Assembly: GCA_000320545.1 (NCBI GenBank)
Contig: ADNK01000023.1
Span: 62,001 to 126,000 of the forward strand
Origin: Bigelowiella natans CCMP2755
Taxonomy: Eukaryota > Protista > Cercozoa
DNA: 64,000 nt
Reading direction: 5' to 3'
A program made the translations under genes and the position numbers. The first letter of the stretch is position 1, and every line of letters starts with the position of its first letter. The notes beneath the pieces were generated by a model, which was not told the DNA's origin, made no database searches, and saw only the letters and a list, made by a program, of their open reading frames with translations. This document shows, one piece after another, positions 56,144 to 64,000 of this stretch.

Positions 56144-56679
56144 ATCACACAAAATAACCACGCGGATAATCACCCAGGGAGCCTTGTTCCGCGCTCTGAA
56201 AATCATGAAAGAAGAAGAAATAAACCTGACGAACATCGAGAGTCGTCCGAGGTCAGAACATGATGCTCTATTTAACAACACAGCGCAGTCAATATATCTG
56301 AATTAGATGATTGTTACTTCTAGCGGGTCGAAAGCGTGGGACTACAATTTCTTTGTTCGTATGGATGGCCACGAGCAGGATAAGGTGCGGTCAACAACGA
56401 AAATGGTGTTACCTGATGATTGTGATGATTATCTTAAAAGAGGCAGAGAGGAAATGAATCAATGGTTAGTAACTTGAGGAAGGTCTCCGTCTTCTCCCAG
56501 CATTTGTTGCCCAACATGTTGCGATGACGGAGAAGAGTCGAAGGATTGTGTGTTTCTACCGATGCAATTCCAACCTTGTTACATGTGTGTAGGGAATTGC
56601 TGCGGCGTTGAACCGCCTGCGAAAGGTTTGCTCGTACGTTCGTGTGCTCGGATCTTACCCTGAGAATAAGGCCTCGTGA
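52643..56679 (+). CDS. pheA: Bacterial-type P-protein architecture: AroQ chorismate mutase + prephenate dehydratase + ACT, about 16 introns
   Basis: LGDLRKKIDECDRAIIKLLNDRMK..GQAK..YRPAREK..SINLQ (AroQ); IGYLGP..HVAAVNRFG..YGVIPI..KIYAEIEIP..LQCKKWL..SAAVG..RFFVI (PDT fold); DKTFVIFSLKDTQGALFRAL..INLTNIESRPS..WDYNFFV..VRVLGSYP (ACT). Confidence 0.88.
53930..54720. repeat. Cluster of intronic trinucleotide microsatellites (TAC/TAG/GAT/GCT) in the pheA-like gene
   Basis: Directly visible; representative of dozens of such tracts between 23 and 56.5 kb. Confidence 0.9.
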
Positions 56680-57815
56680 GTAAAGAAGTTAACTTAACAG
56701 CCAATTATCATTATTATAGCTGTATCGATGAGGTATGCACGATGGTGATGTTCGGAGCTTTTGAGGAAGGATCGGAGTTTCTTTCTAGAATCTTGCTCGC
56801 CTATACGTATGAATGTGGAATATGTCGATTGACTCTTGATGAATTCCGCTAACAAAGCTGCTAAACTTTCGCCACGGCACACAACTACGGACAGGCTCAT
56901 GTAATAATTGCTGTGCATTATGTGTAGCGCAGAGTGCGTACACATTATCTCTGCCTACTACATACGGCTATCTTATGACTATAATACATGGCAACCATCA
57001 TGCGTACATTATAGGGCTATCACAATCTTATGACTATCATGCGTGCATGAGACGGAGCTACAAGGAATAAATTCTAATGTAACTATAACATATGTGTGTG
57101 TACGATACGTAGTATGTACCTTGTGCGTGTTTATGCTGTTGTCTAGTGTCGTTACAGGATGATGCTCTCCTACATAGCATATGTATGCACATGCAATGCT
57201 AGAATGGCTACCATAGCTAGATAGCACATGCTAGCATGTCGCATCTGCACATGCTCTACATGTAGATGCTCAGCGGCAGATGCGTGCGAGCTAGACTAGT
57301 ATGTACGTATCGTAGGCCTAGACTCTCCGATCAGGCTCGCTAACGCCGCGCCAACGAACGTATCGTTGTATCGCTACAAATTTACCTCAGCGCATACACT
57401 GCATTTACGTACGATACTTCTGTACCAGCTCGATAGCTATAATACGACGACATGCATATAATATCTGACAAATGGTTATATGCAACGAAGCATTGGTATA
57501 AGTAGTGGCCCTATCCTGCAGGCTGGTACATACATGCGCGTGGGGCGTGGGCACTGACAATAGCATGCTACGCTGGCTAACTGTTAGCATTAGAGCACAC
57601 ATGGACACTGCATTTGAGATTATGCATCATGTGTAGCATCATTTTGGCACGCACATCGCACAACGCGAGGCGGCGGCACGTACAGGCAGCATGTCACTTG
57701 CACGATTGTCCCATTCTTTTTTAGATTCTTAGAAAATGAAAAGGGTCACATCATCATAAATATGTTGTAGTTGCTACTGTAAACCAGTACTTTTTGCTAA
57801 AAAAAGATACCTTCC

Positions 57816-60800
57816 TTAAGGTGATATACGCTGGAGCATGTGCACCTTCTTGATGCAGTCGTTACCACATTGGGCGACTTTCCCAAGCTTTTTGGCTCTT
57901 CTGACCTTTTTTGCGAACCGGCAGATCGCACCATCCACAGACTTACGAGCAAAGCTGGAAAACCCAGGATAGTCAGACTCCGAGTATGTTCCTTTTTTCC
58001 ATTGGAGCAATTGATCATATTGCTCGCGGTCTTCGATCAAATCTGCGACTATACTTGCAACATCTTGAGGCGATTCGAAGTTGTTTGCGTTGATCACACA
58101 TTTCTGGCAGGGCACAAGGCTTTCAATGTTGTGTGGTCCACGATATATTGGGACAGAGCCAACTGCCAGTGCTTGAAAGACGCACTCGGAGACGAAGGCC
58201 TGCTCCTTCTGGTCATGGCAGAGTGTGAACATGTAGGGGCGCAAGTTTGCCATGCGGTTGACATGGTAGCCCATTCCTTTGCCTCCCAACCATGAAGTCA
58301 TAAGATTTGTGTTTTTCCAGCAATCGCCTATCGAGTGTGTTCGATTGAAGGCCTTCACAAGACCAGAGACGAACTCCGAACGGTGCCCGTCCTTGCAGTT
58401 CTCATGTTCCATCACAGCCACGCCAGGGATCTTATCCACCCAAGCAAGAGGCTTTGGCTCGTGCAGGTTGTGCTTGATGGAGTCGCCGAGCGTTGCGTAG
58501 CTGTAGCGTGTGAAGGGGACATCAGCGTGCTTACCGGTGCCAAAGAAACTTCCCTTGAAATTGTTCTTGAACCAAGGGTTGGCCTTTCCATCCATCTCGC
58601 ATCCAAACCACTGCTGGCCTCGAGGCTTCTTCTCGTGCGTGGAAACGAGCTCAAAGGAGTTGAGGTGCGTATCGCTCAGGTCTGAGACGACAACTGCGTC
58701 CATCTTGCGGCTCATATTCCGATGGAGGGAGGAGTAGAATCTCATAGGAACGCCACAGCCAGAGAACTCGAGGAATGGTTCGACACGGAGGCCAAAGAAG
58801 TCCATTCCGCACGACTTATCGTCCCAGAGAAGCACATTGAGCGTTTTGTTGTGGAAAGAGTTCTTGGCCATAAGGCGTGCGAAAGTCTTAATGTGAGCAT
58901 TCTGTAATTCCATGAAGCTGGCCTTCTTCGAAGCCTTCTTGTGCTTGATATCCTTCAGTACTGCCTCTGCAGCCTGAGCTACAGACTGAGCGGCAAGTTG
59001 TTTCTTAGTTGGCTCTTCCCATGCAGATATGTTTAGGTATTTGTGCAGCTTATTGGACTTTTCCGGTTTCGAGATCTGGAACATTGTTTTGTTACCCTTG
59101 TGGTGCATCTTATGAGTCAAACCCTGTCCGAAGGAAAGAAATTCGGTGTCGTTCCGCCCGGCGCAGAAGAGGCTGTCGGTACGAGTGAGGTTCTCGACGA
59201 AACTTAGGTCTCGGGCATCAGGAAGACCCTCACGAACCAATGACATCGTCTGGCCTAGGCCTGCAGCCTTGAGCTGAGGCTTCTGTTTGCTAAATCGTTG
59301 GATGAACGAGTTTGCAGGATACCAGAATGCGTCGGTCTCATTACCAACGACGCCGAACAGCGAGTGCTTCTTCTTGACGATAGGAAGATTCTGCGGGCAG
59401 AGCTTTTGGGAGCCGCACAACTTCTTTGGATCAGGGACGGACGATCGCCACTCCTCTCCAAATATCTTATGCCAGCTAAGCTCCAGAACTTCTCCTCGTG
59501 TGAAAGAGTTGAATTCGACAGCGAGGTTTTTCTCACAACCTGGTAGAGCTTTAGGGTGTTTTGCGAGAAGCTCCGCACGCTTAGACTTTGAAAGTGCGCC
59601 CACAGCGCCAGCCGAATCATGACCCTCATCATCAGACCCAATGGAAAAGTCATACAGGCGGTCATAGAAGTTTTGGGAACGCTTTAAGATCCTCTCTTTC
59701 GACACCATGAACTGAGCGCAGCATGCGGTTGAAACGTCGATAATGCTGCGAGGAGTAAACTCTTCAGGGCCGATGATCTGCGTCCAGAAAGTATGTAAGT
59801 CGCATACGTCATCGTACTCGAGGAAAGGGAAGTGAATCCCATTCAGTGAGGCGTACGGATATGCATCTAGGGAAAGAGCACTTATCATTGGGACGAGATC
59901 CACTGAATGCTCAGATTTATGATCACCATGAACCATGAGAACTGAATCGGGAAGATTGTTGTAATTGAGTCCAATGAACTGCAAAAAGCTCGAGGCTTCG
60001 TTCCCTTTATTCACAACCACAGTTGAAGGATCTTTACCAACGTCATCGCCATTGCCTTTCTTTTCCATCACTAGGTAGCAATATGGCTGTTTCTCCAGCC
60101 AAGCAAGATTCTCTTGCCAGTGTGCAACTACAAGGACCGCAGTCTTCTCGCCCTTCATGTCCTTGGCTGGTTTCCCTTTCTGTTTGAGAATACGGTGTGC
60201 AGTGCATCGACGAGTGCACGATCCAGACTTGAGCGCACTAAGAAGGGCGCTCTTCGATCGGAGAACCAGTGGCTCGTCCTCGCATTTGTGTCCGACGTAG
60301 CAAGCAGACTGTTTGTCATCCAGGCTATTCTTGTTGAGGTCGAGGTCGACAATTGACATACCTGGAGCGTTCAATGTCTTCATCTGGCGATGGAAGTAGA
60401 GGGAAAACTCAGGTGCGAGCGACCATGACTTGACGAGCTTATCACATTTTGCCAAAAGAACGGTTTGAATCATAATATGCTCTGTGATAGCCTTCTTTCC
60501 TTTGGCAGACGATTCATCCTTGACATAAAGTTCCGGCATCTTGACAATACGATTACCGAAGTGACCCATCATCTTATTGACAAAGCGGAAGTTTTCGCTG
60601 ACAACGAGAGCTTTAGCCTTTGGTTCTGCTGAGAGAAACGACGTGAGATGATGCTCAAACTGATGAATCGACTTTGGGCTGGACATGAACTTATCCGATC
60701 CAGAAACGTGAGCACAAACTGTGCGCTCATTGTCGGGAAAAAGTTCCATCTGCATACGCTCTGCTAGTTTCTCAGTTGCAGGATTCACTCTGATGTACTT

Positions 60801-61679
60801 GTCGATCAATGCCTGCGCGCGACCTCGTTGGCAGCCCAGCCAATTCTCGGTAGCAACGTCGCCCTTCAGGTTCTTTCCGTCGTCCATCTGGTAGGGTAAC
60901 GACCTAATGGCGTCCTTGTGGAAATGAATGTTCTGGATGGTCTTCTGGGAAAACTCCCAGATGTCATCCTCAGGGATCTTCTTGTAGTTAACATTCGATA
61001 TGGGTTCGTATACACGCTCCCAGAAGTTGGTTACGTTCCCGCCCTCATAACAGTCCGCATGAAACATTGAGGACTCAGGCATGTAAACAAACGGTGCCTT
61101 GCTGCCTATCAGTTCGTGCTTTTCAGCGAAGAGAAGCTGGTTCAGCACGTAAAGCGTGTATGCGAAGAACTCAGCGGAGTCATTCCAATCCTAGGTGAAT
61201 GAAACGTGTAAGTAATTCTTGTAATGCCGAGAAACATCCATCATTTTGCGAACAAGATACTAAATGTATATCACTAAATTTTGTGAAAGTACCATAATCG
61301 AACGGATTCGAAGGTGGCGTTTCCTTAAATTGGATCGCTTCGTCTTTGGGTCGTAAATTTTCTTGAATGGTTTCAAGTTATCATCATTAATGCTTTTCTT
61401 GTTCTGAGGTAGAGTTGGTTCAGGTAATGAGCTGGCTAGTTTATTACTCATTCTCTCACTTATCCCAAATCGTCAAACAAGAATCATATGATATTTTATT
61501 ATTACCTTGGTGAGCTCTAACACCTCACATCTCGTTTGCTCAGTACACGTCTGCTTTAATCGTGGACAATGCTTCTTCCCATAATTATCAGATAGTTTTC
61601 CCCCAGTCACAGTGGGGGCTAAAGTTATGTGCCCAGCCTCAGCGATGAAAACCGCTAATGCAACCCACAGGACTCGCAT
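57816..61679 (-). CDS. Secreted/lumenal multidomain glycosyltransferase-like protein: NodZ/GT23-like + DUF3431 + GT10 alpha-1,3-fucosyltransferase-like
   Basis: Signal peptide MRVLWVALAVFIAEA; two small 5' exons, then a ~3.4-kb exon. NodZ-like: FFAYTLYVLNQL, TVCAHVSGSDK, LLAKCDKLV. DUF3431: LVVAHWQENLAWL, NKGNEASSFL..NYNNLPD..HG, CCAQFMVSKERI, LELSWHKIFG. GT10: YMFTLC..VSECVFQALAVGSVPIYRG. Confidence 0.75.
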
Positions 61680-62574
61680 TGTTTTTTCGAGTATCCTTCT
61701 TCCCTGTGAGAGAAAATGGTTGATCCAAGGCGTGCTCAGGGGAGTGCTTAGGGCCTCAGGTTCTATCTAAGGGGTTACGAAGTTGTTATTCAACATAAGA
61801 ATCTAGAAGGAAAACCGAAAAAACATGTCATCAGGTTGTGCGACATCTTCTCTACATTTGTCTCATAACATAAATTCACTTCAATTAGTCATAAAATCTA
61901 TACGGGACTTGCTACTTAAGTTTGACATTTGCTAGCTACATCTCACATGGTAAATTCCACTACCGTGGATTTTTTATCTCATTTTATGTCCAAACCTAGG
62001 AGAATTTTACAATAAGACATTTCATGCAAGCGGAAACTCCATCGAAATCCTAGATCTTACCGTAAAACCATTAGTGTTTAAAAATTCAAAGAGTTTTATG
62101 TCGTAGATTCAAAATCTCATCCAATCCTTCACATTTTCTGATCATGGTGTTGTCTGACGGCATGGCGCGACAGGAATGTGGCATTTTCTCTCCTCGGCTG
62201 GCCCAAAAGCTGTAATAAATACATAGATGTTTTATCGATATCTGAGATTTTCAAATTTAGGATAATGTTTAACCGCCATGAGGTGGCTTTCAATAACAAA
62301 AGACTTTGTACGTATTTTTCCGGTCTAAATTTTGATCCAGATTTGTCGATGATGGTAATCCAGATGAACATTGGAAGACTCCTGATTTTATAAGTCGCAT
62401 TTGACTCAATGAGGGGATTTTAGGTTGGAGAAAAGCACCTTTGTCGCTCATAAAAAATGAATGTGGTTTTCGAAAAAACGACGTGACGACGCGATCGACT
62501 GAGAAAGCCTCATTGCCCTACATCAGCTACTACTTTCTCTGCATGCATCCACAGCACTTATGCACTGGAACACG

Positions 62575-64000
62575 ATGACACGGCGGGGACGAATCCCTCG
62601 TCTCCATCATATGGGTATTGCCACCACTGTTTGCGCTCTCCTCCACGCATACGATACTGCTACCTCTGCTGGAGCGACCAGGAAAGTCTGTCCAAGATCC
62701 AAATATTCGCATCGCTTTCTGTTTATTGGTATCCATGTTGCTGATGTTTTGAACGCACATGTTTAATTAGCACCAGTCTCAATTGCAGCTGAAAAAGGCG
62801 GTCTCACGACACTTGGCGCATTCAGGTCACAGAGTGGATTTTCTGCATGTAGTCCAACGAATGGTATGTGATTGTCGACATCGATCCTAAATAGCTTCGG
62901 TTCCTTCAAGTACACGTTCAGCACCGAAACAGGTACTACTTTATACACAATCTCCTATCAGTGACCAAGTTGGTTATACGATGTGATAGTAGACCCCACC
63001 CACCTGCTCAGTCTATCGCAGCATTCGTTCTCGACTTCGATGGTACCCTAACGAAAGAGGACACGATATCAAAGATCACCTCTACACGGTAAGCTCTCTC
63101 GATGTTACCGTGATGTTTCCACAGAAGTGGTTCATACGCATGGATATCATTACCTAGCCGAAAGCTTCTCCCCACGAACAATGACTGCTTAGAATATGAC
63201 GATAACCTTAAGACAGTGATCAAGGTCGAACACTACTTAAAACTTATAAGCATTCCCTGCTGTCGTAGCGTAAAAGTAATGCTTATTTTTGTTAGGAGTA
63301 CCTCCGTGACCGTGAAGCAATCTCCAAAGCTTCATATTCTTCGATAGAAACACTTCTGGAAGCCTGTGCTGAGGCTGAGTTCCGGTGCGGGTGGTGTGCG
63401 TACGTTTAGCCGTTACTGGTGTTGTTTTCTGTCTATTATGTTCAAGTGAAGTAGATGCAGCCAAGCAAAGACGACTTTGATATAGCCGATTTTGAAAATG
63501 CCTTTTATCTTCCTCCACACCCCCATTGCAGTTCGTTAGAGCGAGTCGAGAGGTATGGACTGCTAGGGGGTTTATCCCGTGATGACCTTCGATTTACAGG
63601 CAGCACCAGTGGTAATAATAGTAATAGTAGTAGTAGTAGTAGTATTTTATGGCTAAGTGTAGAGAGAAAGAGAAATTTTGCATTGATGACTTTGGAATGC
63701 TTAGTAGCGAATACTCCATGGATTTTCCAAAGAATCGAGCTGATTCTATATAACTTAAACGCATATATTCTGCTCATATTGTATATCACCCTAACATCAG
63801 TCAAGCTGCAAGAAGGGGTAGAGGACTTTCTTGTTAAGGTAAACGAAGGATGGGAAAATCTCTTCCCTCCATGGAGGGCTAGGAGGAGGTTGAGAGAGGT
63901 GGAAAGGCCAGCTATTTTTTGAGGATACGATGGTTAAATGGCCGAGGAGAAGAACATGATCTCTAGAAGACGAATGACTTCACCGTGCGATAAGCAACGC
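62575..64000 (+). CDS. HAD-superfamily hydrolase (resembling Cto1 / thiamine-phosphate-phosphatase-type HAD domains); start uncertain, truncated at the right edge
   Basis: Motif I AFVLDFDGTLTKEDTI at ~63021-63068. Spliced exons EYLRDRE..LLEACAEAEFR|SLERVERYGLLGGLSRDDL..KLQEGVEDFL follow this family's cap pattern. Confidence 0.6.

Noticed and set aside
1-64000. Prokaryotic operon, defence island or CRISPR array
   Set aside because: Genes are interrupted by spliceosomal introns. No equal-length repeat-spacer array, cas gene, integrase or transposase was recognisable.
21678-64000. Metabolic gene cluster (propeller hydrolase, KDSR, pheA, glycosyltransferase, HAD)
   Set aside because: The enzymes belong to unrelated pathways and are interspersed with unrelated genes; no coherent pathway can be supported.

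Overview
This is not prokaryotic DNA. It is a gene-dense, intron-rich nuclear segment of a flagellated microbial eukaryote with the standard code, GT-AG introns and abundant intronic microsatellites. The style is reminiscent of a chlorarachniophyte/rhizarian, which is inference only. Most ORF-track entries are single exons, antisense shadows or microsatellite artefacts. Splicing exons by eye gives 14 genes: SPAG17/PF6-like central-pair protein (-), IQ+WW protein (+), C2H2/coiled-coil protein (-), a large protein with seven degenerate EF-hand-pair modules (+), SMP-30/strictosidine-synthase-like propeller (-), RING-H2 ligase (+), type-I membrane protein (-), KDSR/TSC10 (+), two-pore K+ channel with EF-hands (-), a large unknown protein (+), OEP61-like TPR receptor (-), bacterial-type chorismate mutase/prephenate dehydratase (+), a NodZ-like/DUF3431/GT10 fusion (-) and a HAD hydrolase (+). 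The main observations are: (1) all 14 genes strictly alternate strand, with short divergent spacers and convergent spacers rich in purine-pyrimidine palindromes; (2) a secreted three-domain glycosyltransferase fusion whose two fucosyltransferase domains lack key motif residues; (3) a P-protein with intact mutase and ACT domains but an eroded dehydratase; (4) a modular EF-hand-repeat gene whose duplication history is recorded in intron positions. Gene boundaries are manual and approximate. No RNA genes, CRISPR arrays or transposases were recognised.
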